A stretch of DNA of 64,000 bases from the NCBI GenBank assembly GCA_012965045.1, contig DTSZ01000001.1:684024-748023 (forward strand). Direction: 5' to 3'. The translations under genes were made by a program, and so were the position numbers. This document shows positions 9,360 through 18,974 of the stretch, piece by piece. The stretch is from Candidatus Saccharimonadota bacterium (GTDB taxonomy: Bacteria > Patescibacteriota > Saccharimonadia > Saccharimonadales > DTSZ01). The first letter of the stretch is position 1, and the number at the start of each line of letters is the position of its first letter. The notes beneath the pieces are model-generated. The model was not told the DNA's origin. It searched no databases and saw only the letters and a program-made list of their open reading frames with translations.

Positions 9360-9884
9360 ATGAAAATACTTAAAAGAAAAGTTCGCCTGCCCTACGAGCA
9401 AGAATATTTTAAATCGATAATTAGTGGTAGCAGCGCTGGTATATCGACGACGACAGCGATAATTATTGGCTTAACTGTATCCGAAACTAAGATTGCAGCC
9501 ATCACCACAAGTGCAATTGTTATTATTTTTATTCAAGCTTTCAATGCTGCGGCTAGTCGGTTTGCAGATTTGCGCACCGCCCAAGAAATCGACGGCGAAA
9601 AAGTTTTAAAAACTAAGTTCCCGCTTACTGTTGCGTCCATTCAGTTCGCTTCGCACACCTTTTCCGGCCTCATAGCGCTGACACCGATAATTTTGTACGG
9701 CACTGAAAGCGGCGTGCTGGTTACTGTAGCGGTGAACACCTTTGCGCTGTTTTTACTTGCTGTGTATAAAGTCAGGGTCTTAAAAGTTAACGCCTTGTCG
9801 GACATTGCCGAATTTGTGCTTACTGGGCTGCTTGTGATGTTGGTTGGCCTGGGAGCTGGTTTACTGCTTGAACTTAGTGCCTAG
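9360..9884 (+). CDS. polytopic membrane protein, possibly VIT1/CCC1 family
   Basis: 174 aa with 4-5 TM segments. Topology and the loop SRFADLRTAQEIDGEK are loosely VIT-like. TATACT-N7-ATG promoter-like context. Confidence 0.4.
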   Translation: MKILKRKVRLPYEQEYFKSIISGSSAGISTTTAIIIGLTVSETKIAAITTSAIVIIFIQAFNAAASRFADLRTAQEIDGEKVLKTKFPLTVASIQFASHTFSGLIALTPIILYGTESGVLVTVAVNTFALFLLAVYKVRVLKVNALSDIAEFVLTGLLVMLVGLGAGLLLELSA

Positions 9885-10437
9885 AATAAACAGCCTGATC
9901 AGTGACAACAAAATCTAGCTGGACGTCATGATCTTCAGTAGGAATAACTTCAACTTTATCTTCATCAAAGGCAATACCAATTTTTATAGCATCGGGATAG
10001 TGCTTTAGGAATCGATCATAATAACCGCCGCCGTAGCCAAGGCGATTCAGTTGTTTGTCAAAAACAAGTAGTGGAACTAATATGATATCGATTTTTTTAG
10101 GGGTCATAACATCATCGCAGTCTGGTTCTGGTATGCCGCGCATATTTGGAGCAAAATGAGTGTCTTTTTCAACCTTAACAATTTCCATGTCTCGGCCAAT
10201 CAAACGGGGAACATAGGTTGTAGCTGTTGGTCGTCGCCACAACATACTAAAAATAGGTGTGGTTTGCGGCTCATTCATCATGTCATTGCTGACGTAGCTG
10301 TGAATGGACTTAGCTTTTGGCCACTCAGTTATAGTCTTGAGATTTTTAGCAATGTTTTTAGACTTTTCTTCAACCTCTTTGGCGGTAAGGTTCATGCGCA
10401 CAGCTTTAGCGCTTCGTCGTAAGTCTTGTTTATCCAT
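9874..10437 (-). CDS. 5-formyltetrahydrofolate cyclo-ligase
   Basis: Family-typical N-terminus (KQDLRRSAKAVR) and the LGYGGGYYDRFL motif. Confidence 0.85.
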   Translation of the reverse strand: MDKQDLRRSAKAVRMNLTAKEVEEKSKNIAKNLKTITEWPKAKSIHSYVSNDMMNEPQTTPIFSMLWRRPTATTYVPRLIGRDMEIVKVEKDTHFAPNMRGIPEPDCDDVMTPKKIDIILVPLLVFDKQLNRLGYGGGYYDRFLKHYPDAIKIGIAFDEDKVEVIPTEDHDVQLDFVVTDQAVYSRH

Positions 10438-10458
10438 TACTTAAAAGCTTATGTTTTT

Positions 10459-11889
10459 TTATGCTGCTAAGGCAAGTGATTTATCAGAGTTCGTTGGACA
10501 ATTTGGATTTCGGCAATAATTATCAACTTCACCTGTCTCATTATCAATCACACTTACGTAGCCTTTTTCTGGACACTTTTTACATGCACTTCCTTCAAAG
10601 CTAACGGCAGTTTTATTGCCAGAAACTTCTATCCCCAGCCCCGATAAGATCGCCAATTCTTTAGACGAGGCTGGTCGTACGCCACACTCCATTCCGCATA
10701 CTGCCGTTCGTTCAATTGCTGTTTTAAATAGACTGCTATCAAGGGTTGTTGCTTCAATGGTTTTACCTTGTTTTATTAAGGCTTGTAGCGCAACGTAGTC
10801 TTCACCAATCTCTTTACCGTATGCTCTAACGCCAATTTGTGGCTGTTCTTTAGAGATTGTATGAATATGCGTAGCAAGGTTCAGTTGAAAAGCTTTTTCT
10901 TTTTTTCCTAGTGACATTTCAAGCTGGGAAAGTTTAATGATCTCCCCTGCAACTTTATTTCGAAGTCTTGAGATCTTTTTTCGATATTCACTAAAACTAT
11001 CGAAATAGTCTCTGTAATCTTCGGTCCTCCACGCTGTTAGTGTTTTTTGACCCAAGGCAACATCCGGCCCAATACAAGCATCAAGTATAGAAAGAACTTC
11101 TAATAACGATTCGCTGCCGCCAGCTTTACGAGTGATCGCAGTTTGCAGTGCTTGGAGCGGAGTTGCGGTCGGCAAGGTATAGTCCGCGCCGGCCTCTTTT
11201 AGAAAGTCGGCGGTTTTATAATCGTCGAGTAAGCGGCCATCGAAGGAGACTGACTGAGTGAAAACATATACTTTTCCTTCAGACTCTTCAAAGCGCCACC
11301 GGCGCACCATGCCTTTTTTTATTTCGTGAACAAAATCGGCATCCTCTGTTTCCCCGCAGCGAGACAAAAAAAACAGCTCATGGTTCTTGTAAGTGCCGTC
11401 TGCCAAGACACTAAGGACTGTCTCGACTTCAGCATCTTCTGCCGCGCTCCGCTCATTGATCTCAGCGATTTTTGAACGACCGAGGCCCTTCTTACTCTGC
11501 TGTCGCAGGGATCGATCGTCCATGATAATGTCGCGAGCAACAGGGTCATAAGCCCCTTGAACTTCGGCGTATTCTTCTGGCGCCATACGGGTAGCTGCTT
11601 CTTGCAGCGCAAATTCTGCATTATTTTTAACAGCTGCAAAACGCCGCGGTTTATCAGCGCCAGTTGCGCGAATATATTCATCGCCGTAACTTGTAAAGTC
11701 CCAGCCAAGAATTGATTCTTCGTCTACGTTTCTTGAATCAAAACCAGTAATTTCTAGTGGAGCTGTTTCTAGACTGGTTGTATGTTCAGAAATTTTAAAA
11801 CCCTCGCTTTTATTTTTGAAGCAAGGGTTACATACCACCGTAACAACGGTTTTATTTCGCCTTGCTCGAGACATTATCATCAAAAACAC
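10459..11889 (-). CDS. hypothetical protein with C-terminal Cys-rich zinc-ribbon-like tail
   Basis: 476-aa ORF with no family recognised. C-terminus CKKCPEKGYVSVIDNETGEVDNYCRNPNCP (CxxC...CxxxxC). Confidence 0.6.
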   Translation of the reverse strand: MFLMIMSRARRNKTVVTVVCNPCFKNKSEGFKISEHTTSLETAPLEITGFDSRNVDEESILGWDFTSYGDEYIRATGADKPRRFAAVKNNAEFALQEAATRMAPEEYAEVQGAYDPVARDIIMDDRSLRQQSKKGLGRSKIAEINERSAAEDAEVETVLSVLADGTYKNHELFFLSRCGETEDADFVHEIKKGMVRRWRFEESEGKVYVFTQSVSFDGRLLDDYKTADFLKEAGADYTLPTATPLQALQTAITRKAGGSESLLEVLSILDACIGPDVALGQKTLTAWRTEDYRDYFDSFSEYRKKISRLRNKVAGEIIKLSQLEMSLGKKEKAFQLNLATHIHTISKEQPQIGVRAYGKEIGEDYVALQALIKQGKTIEATTLDSSLFKTAIERTAVCGMECGVRPASSKELAILSGLGIEVSGNKTAVSFEGSACKKCPEKGYVSVIDNETGEVDNYCRNPNCPTNSDKSLALAA

Positions 11890-12102
11890 ATTCTATCTGG
11901 CTCAGTTTGTTCTTTCCCCTTGTAACTCAGAAAAAGAGCAGCCCGAGTGGCGAATTCAATTCGCACCCGGCACAACGATAAAAACCGTAGTTTTTTCTCG
12001 TTAACCTTACAGTTGCGGCACAGCTCCGGTATCCCACCGGTATTTCGAACTGTGTTTTTGTTTAATTGTTAACACTTTTATCCTAATACCCCTACATATA
12101 GT

Positions 12103-12783
12103 GTGTCAACGATTTTATTTACCACAATTTGTGTACGCGATGTATTTATCCAACAATACGATATAATTAGTTTCGTGAAGCAAAATACAGCCCTCACTAC
12201 CACACTCATAACGGTTTTTAGTTTATGGTTTATTTTTGGAATTATTAGGTTCATTACTTTGCCGGCTAACGACATTCACTACCATGCAGATTTCGCTGTT
12301 TTTGTTGATGGTGAGCAACTTATGTTTGAAAATCCTCTCTACTACGAAGAAGTTGGCAGCGGATGCACATTAAGCGAAGACTCTAAGCCAGCGGAACGAG
12401 CTCATCTTCATGATCAAGTACCCTCAATTATTCATGTCCACGACCGTAACGTTACGTGGGGCCATTTCTTCAATAACATCGACTACTCAATCGGTGAGTT
12501 TCATCTTGAAACATGGGAAAACGCCTATACAGAAACAGGTGACCAACAAGTCCGCTATATTCTTAATGGCAACGAAGTTCAAGACATAAAAAACCGAGTG
12601 ATTGAAAGCCAAGATCGCCTATTAGTCGACCTCAGCAGCGCCAGCGACCAAGAATTACTGGAACGTTTCGAAACAGTATCAACAGAAGCAGAAACCTATA
12701 ATTCTCAACCGGACCCTAGCGCCTGCAGTGGCTCAAATCGCTCTACCAGCGACACACTAAAAGAAGCATTCTTTTTCTTATAA
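12103..12783 (+). CDS. membrane-anchored extracytoplasmic hypothetical protein (His-rich)
   Basis: 226-aa ORF with a GTG start. One TM (LITVFSLWFIFGIIRFITL), then HYHADF...HLHD...IIHVHD motifs. The start is uncertain. Confidence 0.5.
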   Translation: MSTILFTTICVRDVFIQQYDIISFVKQNTALTTTLITVFSLWFIFGIIRFITLPANDIHYHADFAVFVDGEQLMFENPLYYEEVGSGCTLSEDSKPAERAHLHDQVPSIIHVHDRNVTWGHFFNNIDYSIGEFHLETWENAYTETGDQQVRYILNGNEVQDIKNRVIESQDRLLVDLSSASDQELLERFETVSTEAETYNSQPDPSACSGSNRSTSDTLKEAFFFL

Positions 12784-12793
12784 AAATTCGGTC

Positions 12794-13390
12794 TTAAGTT
12801 TTTAAAACCTCTTCCGGTGGGACTATCGGCGAGTATATGCGCGCACCTTGTTTCATTGCGGCATTAACTAACGAGCCCGCTGCGGAATTAAAATCATCAT
12901 CTGAACTTTCGGAGTGCATAAACTCAGTAAATCTTTCAATTGCTTCGGCGAAGGCCTGGGTTTTTTCGGTGTTTACAACATTTTCGTAATTTGAGGTGCT
13001 ACGGTACTTGTTTGGCACTTCGATATCAAGAAAATTCAGTCCTTTTGTAAATGCATAATAACCCCTAAAAGTCGTGCCCTTAATGCCTAGCTCAACCCTT
13101 AATTGCATTTGTGTTACAGGTTCGCCGGTATCAATCGACATCGTGCCTCTTAATTTTTCTTCAAACTTTATCCAAGCCTTTTTTGTAATAGCCCAATCAG
13201 GATTCTGTCCGTCGTAGAACAAAAATCCTTTTACCGCGTCTTCCTCAGCTCCATGAGCTTGGAGATGAAATGGCAAAGAACCCGCTAGCTCTGTAATACA
13301 ATCATTAATACGAGCTGCATTTTCATATGAAGGTAATTGATCGCCAGGATCTGATACGTTAGGTGGGAATTCCATTACTATATTATACAA
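12794..13390 (-). CDS. hypothetical protein
   Basis: 198-aa ORF in tandem with 13411-14232. No family recognised. Confidence 0.55.
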   Translation of the reverse strand: MYNIVMEFPPNVSDPGDQLPSYENAARINDCITELAGSLPFHLQAHGAEEDAVKGFLFYDGQNPDWAITKKAWIKFEEKLRGTMSIDTGEPVTQMQLRVELGIKGTTFRGYYAFTKGLNFLDIEVPNKYRSTSNYENVVNTEKTQAFAEAIERFTEFMHSESSDDDFNSAAGSLVNAAMKQGARIYSPIVPPEEVLKT

Positions 13391-13410
13391 TATAGTTGTG
13401 TATTTCTCAA

Positions 13411-14232
13411 CTACAATCTGAGTTGTTGCCGACTATGCTCACTGTCGTGTTTTTGCCTTGTAAGCAAGCGCAGTATTTGGCTGCGTGTAGCTGCCGGACC
13501 TCTGCCAAAGTTAACTACTTTGATGTCACTTATTGGTTCTGTATTCTCGCCCTCTAAGGTCTGGGCTGGGTACAAGGCTTGAATGGCGTCAAAGCCGATA
13601 CCGATCGACTTCACTACCTGTGGTTGGTCGAGATCTACGATACCTATCGGGCAAAATGCAGTTGTTCGCCGAGGGTGAAGTAAAAAATATAGCTTACAAA
13701 CCGACCGCAAAATCTTGGTCTGACTAAAGTTCAGCTCAATGTCTTTTTGTGGTGAAAATAAATACAGCACTGGTTGACTAACAGACGACCGCTGCAGCTC
13801 TTTAAAAAATTCCTCAAAAAACTCAATACCACTCGGGTCAAACAAAACATGTTTGTCGCTCGCCACTCCAACTAATCCAGCAAAGCGTTTACGCAGTAAG
13901 TCGACTTTGTTTTTAAATAGCATTGGCTCGCTATCGTTTACAAACAGCGCCGTAGACTGAGCAATTTCCGTGGACGAGACAAGTCTAATTTGTTCATAGT
14001 CGTCCTTGGCAAAATCCAGCGTGTCGGTAATAAATGCCCTAAAATCCTCCTGCGACTGATCACCTAACAAATAACGCGCACCGCCAATATCTACAACAAC
14101 AGCCTTGCCAGCCTCAATATCTTTAAGCGCTTTTTTCCGAGCAGACTTCGCCGACATCAAACCATAGCGTGGATGAAATAAATGCAGAAGTCTGACCCGC
14201 AGTTTATAGATGTTATTTTTCACTACTCGCAT
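13411..14232 (-). CDS. hypothetical protein
   Basis: 273-aa ORF. It contains VVVDIGGARYL, vaguely like an actin-fold phosphate-1 motif, but this is not sufficient for a call. Confidence 0.55.
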   Translation of the reverse strand: MRVVKNNIYKLRVRLLHLFHPRYGLMSAKSARKKALKDIEAGKAVVVDIGGARYLLGDQSQEDFRAFITDTLDFAKDDYEQIRLVSSTEIAQSTALFVNDSEPMLFKNKVDLLRKRFAGLVGVASDKHVLFDPSGIEFFEEFFKELQRSSVSQPVLYLFSPQKDIELNFSQTKILRSVCKLYFLLHPRRTTAFCPIGIVDLDQPQVVKSIGIGFDAIQALYPAQTLEGENTEPISDIKVVNFGRGPAATRSQILRLLTRQKHDSEHSRQQLRL

Positions 14233-14280
14233 TGCTTTAGTATAAATACTACAGCTGATTTATCGAGCTTAAGCGTTTAA

Positions 14281-15894
14281 TTACTGCTGTTGAAAAAGCT
14301 GAACATCATCGGGTTGACCAAGCACATAAGCCCACGCCGGACCTACTTCGTTGTCATAGTTATGCCCAAAGCCTGAAGGCATATTTATGGAACGAGTTAA
14401 CTCAAACCCGACTTGCCCAAACGTAATAAATGGTCGCCACCGCATATGCTCGTAGACTCCTTGAGCGTTTTCGTCCTCTAGCCAGTCTGGTTTGTCATAC
14501 AGCAACCTCGGGGTCACCCACACTACTGGGTCAGTTGGGTTGTATAAAAAGGCAAACTTCTCTTCTCCCCACTGGTCATAGTCCGATCCAAAATGGTCAA
14601 CATCACTGGCAAATCGAACCACTTCACCGTTTTGATACACAGGCTCCAAAATATCGCCGGCTGCTTGTGGCAACAGATGTTTCCATAAGCCGCTCGCCGA
14701 AGGCGATCCAACCCACAACGCACCATCAATGCTGCTGCTAAATTCGCTTGGTTCAAAACTTGGCAAGCTCCCTTGTGAACCAAGTGAGCCTAAACTTTCT
14801 CCGTATAAAAACAGTTGTGGTGGCTGCGCCATTGATTGGCGTTTTTGTTGAATTGCTTCAAGAGTTAGGGCGGTTGTGTGTTTGGCAATGTCCGCATCAT
14901 CTACATACTGGACAAAAGACGACACCAAGCCGTACTGAACGGCTACCGACGCAACGTCACCATCTAAAATCACCTCTGCTGCCGCAACCGCACTGGGGTT
15001 AACATAGCCACTGCCTGACGGTGTATACAGTACAATCGTAGACCGCTCAAATGCCCCAGTCCGTTCCATTTCTTGCATGAGTAGCTCTACCTGACCGTCA
15101 ATCGTGTCGGCGTTCAGCTTGCCAACATACAGACGAATCGGCTCTATCGCCGGCTGACCGGTACGCTCCGATATTGCCTCGGCCGTTAATACCTCGCCCA
15201 CAAAGTCTCTGCCTGGACTACTTAGCAGCAGCCAGTCAACAGCAGAGTTTTCTGAACCGCTTACTAAGTCCGACTCACTCAGCGTAACATTTAAATCAAG
15301 CGCAATAGTATTACTGCGCAAAATACTGCGTGTTGCAATAAAGACACAGGCCATAAATACTGCAAAACCAAATAGAATACTGCCAACCGCCAGAACCTTG
15401 CTAAGCCATCGCAAGCGACGAGCGTACACTCTTACAAGCATTCGATACAATCGTTTAATACAGCTAACTATCATGCTAATAACAACTATTGAAACAATGC
15501 TAAGAATCAATACAACTGCCACGTTAGGGGTAGTTGTTTCTAGTCCCATTGCGTGACGCTGCTGTGTCTGCCAATTCATCCGTTGAACGGTTACAGTCAC
15601 GGCATAGATCAACAACAAGGCCACATAGGCTATGTATGTTCTGCGGGTAAAAGCAGGCGCCGTATACTTTGCATGCCGCCGCCAAGCTGCCCCCAGCCGC
15701 TCACCTATCACATAAAAAATCATTATAGTCAGGGCGCTCAGTAGCACTTGGTTAAGCGTATTACGGGGGATTAAAGACGGAGCCAACGATTCACCGTAAA
15801 AGTAGACAGCAAATACCGTTCCCAGTACTGAATAATGCGGTTTAGGATTTTTAACGAATAAATTTTGTTTAAAGGTGTGCCAGAACTTTCTCAT
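14281..15894 (-). CDS. membrane-bound alpha/beta hydrolase (Abhydrolase_9-like)
   Basis: N-terminal multi-TM region plus a C-terminal hydrolase domain with the nucleophile elbow GESLGS. The architecture matches the membrane alpha/beta-hydrolase family seen in Actinobacteria. Confidence 0.7.
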   Translation of the reverse strand: MRKFWHTFKQNLFVKNPKPHYSVLGTVFAVYFYGESLAPSLIPRNTLNQVLLSALTIMIFYVIGERLGAAWRRHAKYTAPAFTRRTYIAYVALLLIYAVTVTVQRMNWQTQQRHAMGLETTTPNVAVVLILSIVSIVVISMIVSCIKRLYRMLVRVYARRLRWLSKVLAVGSILFGFAVFMACVFIATRSILRSNTIALDLNVTLSESDLVSGSENSAVDWLLLSSPGRDFVGEVLTAEAISERTGQPAIEPIRLYVGKLNADTIDGQVELLMQEMERTGAFERSTIVLYTPSGSGYVNPSAVAAAEVILDGDVASVAVQYGLVSSFVQYVDDADIAKHTTALTLEAIQQKRQSMAQPPQLFLYGESLGSLGSQGSLPSFEPSEFSSSIDGALWVGSPSASGLWKHLLPQAAGDILEPVYQNGEVVRFASDVDHFGSDYDQWGEEKFAFLYNPTDPVVWVTPRLLYDKPDWLEDENAQGVYEHMRWRPFITFGQVGFELTRSINMPSGFGHNYDNEVGPAWAYVLGQPDDVQLFQQQ

Positions 15895-15910
15895 CTAGCA
15901 CTATTCTACT

Positions 15911-16423
15911 CTATTGAACGACGAGTGTGCCCACCATTCCTTGCTCGCGGTGATTGCCGATACTGCAGTAGTACTCATATTCACCCTCGGCATCGGCTGG
16001 TACTGTAAACGTTACGCTAGTTGTCTCGCCAGTATTAATAGTTTCACTCTGTACACCAAACTCATCGATCACAAAGTCATGAGTTCCACCGGAGTTGATC
16101 AGGTTTACTGTAACCGTGTCACCTGGGCTGGCCGTAATTAAATCAGTCGAAAATTCAAAATTACTCATGTCCACGTCAACGGTTTCGCCGGGACCGGTTA
16201 AATCACCGGGGGTGTCAGACTGCTGGGCTTCTGGCGAACCGCTCAGGGCTGTGCCAGAGGCAGAATCACTGGAATTTACTGGTAGCTCATCTTGGCTTGC
16301 CGTCTCTGTGGTTGTTTCATTTGACTCATTGTTATTTGCATCACCATCGTTCAATAACAAAAAGCCAATCAACCCAAACCCGATAATAAGCACACTTACA
16401 CCTGCAATAATATTTTTATTCAT
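15911..16423 (-). CDS. cupredoxin (plastocyanin/halocyanin-like type 1 blue copper protein), membrane-anchored
   Basis: Copper ligands His (GGTHDF) and C-x5-H-x4-M (YYCSIGNHREQGM). Start set at ATG 16423 with a perfect GAGGAGG SD 6 nt upstream. Confidence 0.8.
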   Translation of the reverse strand: MNKNIIAGVSVLIIGFGLIGFLLLNDGDANNNESNETTTETASQDELPVNSSDSASGTALSGSPEAQQSDTPGDLTGPGETVDVDMSNFEFSTDLITASPGDTVTVNLINSGGTHDFVIDEFGVQSETINTGETTSVTFTVPADAEGEYEYYCSIGNHREQGMVGTLVVQ

Positions 16424-16510
16424 TAACGCCTCCTCTTTTATTTCCAAAGCTTAGTATAGCAACTGTAAGTTTTTTGTCTTAGCTGATGTAAGTAGTCTAC
16501 AATTACATTC

Positions 16511-17032
16511 ATGGATCATCACTCTCACCACACTCCACCGGCATCTACAACTACTGAATACATCAAATTTGGCGCCATTGTAGCGGTAATTTTAATTGCG
16601 TCCTACGCACTGTATAGCCAATCTGCCACTCAAACCTTTCAAGAGTACTTACGGTGGTTTATGGGAGTATTTATGCTGACCTTTGCTGGCTTTAAGTTAG
16701 CTGGCTACAAAATGTTTGTGATGATGTTTCCTGGTTATGATCTTATCGCTCAAAAATCTAAAACCTACACTTATGCATATCCGTTTATACAACTTGGGTT
16801 AGCAATTTTATTCTTAGCAGGCGCTATTGGCATAATTCGAGAGGCGCTAACACTACTTATTGGCACTGTCGCCGCTGCAGGTGTATATAAACAGGTGTTT
16901 GTTAAAAAACAAACCATTCAATGTGCGTGTTTGGGGAACATCATTAAATTACCACTTTCGACTGTAAGCTTTTTTGAAGACTTTGTAATGGCGGTAATGG
17001 CAGCGATCATGTTGGCGCTACGGCTGATTTAA
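16511..17032 (+). CDS. 4-TM membrane protein, MauE/DoxX-like
   Basis: 173 aa, four TM helices, CACLG motif reminiscent of MauE-family proteins. TACAAT-N7-ATG promoter-like context. Confidence 0.45.
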   Translation: MDHHSHHTPPASTTTEYIKFGAIVAVILIASYALYSQSATQTFQEYLRWFMGVFMLTFAGFKLAGYKMFVMMFPGYDLIAQKSKTYTYAYPFIQLGLAILFLAGAIGIIREALTLLIGTVAAAGVYKQVFVKKQTIQCACLGNIIKLPLSTVSFFEDFVMAVMAAIMLALRLI

Positions 17033-17198
17033 CTACGTCAGGTGTTTGTTGGTAAGATTAATATCTATATAAAAATATTCACTTCTTTTATTTGGCATGC
17101 CCTTTAGTATATACCGACTACGTCGAGTTCTAGGTGGCAGTTAACACTTATTTAATGCCCTCGTCCGTACAATTCATAACTACACTAATCAGGGGAAA

Positions 17199-17450
17199 AT
17201 GTTTATGTCACTAACAGACAAAATTAAAAGCGCTATTCCAGGCACAATTGACGATAAAATTATTGATCAAGTCGTAGAATCTACTCAATCAGTCCGTGAT
17301 GGTGCTACAAACACTGGCTTAAAAGGAGCTAACATGGTTGACGAGGCTATGAACAAACTAACAGATGCAATACCCGGCACGCTCGACGACAAGGCCTATA
17401 ATAAAGTTAAAGATTTACTTGGTGGCGACAAAACTGGCGACGAAAACTAG
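17199..17450 (+). CDS. small hydrophilic protein with two IPGT(I/L)DDK repeats
   Basis: 83 aa. Internal repeat (SAIPGTIDDKIIDQV / DAIPGTLDDKAYNKV). CsbD/stress-protein-like composition; the family is uncertain. Confidence 0.5.
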   Translation: MFMSLTDKIKSAIPGTIDDKIIDQVVESTQSVRDGATNTGLKGANMVDEAMNKLTDAIPGTLDDKAYNKVKDLLGGDKTGDEN

Positions 17451-17461
17451 TTAGGAGATAC

Positions 17462-18232
17462 TTAACTCGGTATTAAAGTATTCGCAAAAATTTGAATTGC
17501 TAGAGCGGCTTTTGCGGTAAAGCTCAAAATAATATAGGCTTTTTCGCCGCGCAGATAATTCTTCCACTTGCCGCGGGCCTGATACTGCTTAAATTGCACG
17601 TAGGCGAACGAGTTAAATAGCAAGAATATTGAAATAATTATGCCGTACACAAATGCCGGCGGAGACGCATCTGTCGGGTTGCCAGGTGCAATTACAGCAA
17701 TCAATATGACAAGCCACGGAATAATTCCAGCTATACTCCCAAACACAAACGGCAACCAGTTGCCGTTACCTGGTTTTTCATACTTCTCTTGCAGCCAGCC
17801 AAATAAAATCATTGCTACATTCACCCCGGCGATGGCTATCAGTGCCGCGTAGCTACTAATACCTGTAATAAGTGCTATTAAAATAATCATGAGTGTTGAG
17901 CTGAATGAATATTCTACCCACCGAAAAACATTAATATTATTTTTTAGTCCTGCAATGTAACTACTAAAAAACTTATTCGATGCTACTAAAAAGTGGAACA
18001 ATGCCGACAAGCCCAAAAACAAGGCAACAGCTGGTCCAATTTGCAGATTAAACAGGGTGACAGGATCAGTAAAGCTTGACCCCGGCGGCCCAGCTAAGTA
18101 GGTGGCAGTAACAGGTAGCGAAAATGAGTTTGAGGCGACTAAAACAAGAACAGCTAAGGTGCTATGAAGCAACCCAGCAAATATGTTCAATCTGCGTAAA
18201 TTCTGCTTATCTGCTTTTCTAAGCCCCGCCAT
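17462..18232 (-). CDS. heliorhodopsin
   Basis: 256 aa, seven TM helices, long blocks matching heliorhodopsin 48C12 as I recall it (FRWVEYS, ILFGWLQEKY, GKW-NYLRGE-AYI). Counter-ion Glu at residue 107 and Schiff-base Lys at residue 241 (SFTAKAALAIQIF). Confidence 0.9.
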   Translation of the reverse strand: MAGLRKADKQNLRRLNIFAGLLHSTLAVLVLVASNSFSLPVTATYLAGPPGSSFTDPVTLFNLQIGPAVALFLGLSALFHFLVASNKFFSSYIAGLKNNINVFRWVEYSFSSTLMIILIALITGISSYAALIAIAGVNVAMILFGWLQEKYEKPGNGNWLPFVFGSIAGIIPWLVILIAVIAPGNPTDASPPAFVYGIIISIFLLFNSFAYVQFKQYQARGKWKNYLRGEKAYIILSFTAKAALAIQIFANTLIPS

Positions 18233-18321
18233 AACAGTATATTACCATCAAATATGAAAGAAATAGCAACTACTAGGCAGCCTTCAGTTGGGCTACCTGA
18301 TTACAGTTAGTTTCACTTTGT

Positions 18322-18726
18322 TTAGTACTCTTTTTCGTTTAAAACCACTAGTTTAGCTATGCCCCAAGCAATGAGACCATAAACCGCTATTGCTACTAAA
18401 ATACTTGGCTCAAACACTGCCTGGTTACTACCAGCTTCGGATTGGGTGACTCCAAATATGCTATCAAACGGCGCGCTCAAGACGCCACTAGTGGAATATA
18501 TAAACTCAACGAAGGCATTGCCGCTATTTGCTCCAAAAAGCTTCAACACCATTCGCAGACCAAGAAGTACCGCAATAAGCCCGTAGATATACCAAATAAC
18601 ATTAACGACCCTTGCCTTAGACCCAATTTCAGTTTCTACTGAACGAATTCTCTCTTCTACAACCGAGCCACTGCTATCAACACCCGTTCTCGCTTCTTTG
18701 ATTTCTTTTGTGCGGTAGTCTGCCAT
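18322..18726 (-). CDS. membrane protein (YggT-like segment?)
   Basis: 134 aa: hydrophilic N-terminus and two TM helices. 1-nt overlap with the upstream gene. Confidence 0.5.
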   Translation of the reverse strand: MADYRTKEIKEARTGVDSSGSVVEERIRSVETEIGSKARVVNVIWYIYGLIAVLLGLRMVLKLFGANSGNAFVEFIYSTSGVLSAPFDSIFGVTQSEAGSNQAVFEPSILVAIAVYGLIAWGIAKLVVLNEKEY

Positions 18727-18974
18727 TATTTTCGTACCGCTTTTAGTATCCCAATAAATATCACCGACCCAGTTACAGCTACAAACAAGCTATATAAATC
18801 AAAACCGTCAGCGTCATCCCCGCCAATAGCACTCACTAAAAAACCACCAATCATAGCACCGACAATACCAACCACAATATTAGCAAGAGCTCCTTGTTGC
18901 GCGTCGGTGTTCATTATCTTAGATGCTATCCAACCAGCCAAAGCCCCAAACAATATCCAAGCCAAGAATCTCAT
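18726..18974 (-). CDS. GlsB/YeaQ/YmgE family (transglycosylase-associated) stress membrane protein
   Basis: 82 aa. GALAGWIASKI...IVVGIVGAMIGGF glycine-zipper TM pattern typical of the family. Confidence 0.8.
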   Translation of the reverse strand: MRFLAWILFGALAGWIASKIMNTDAQQGALANIVVGIVGAMIGGFLVSAIGGDDADGFDLYSLFVAVTGSVIFIGILKAVRK

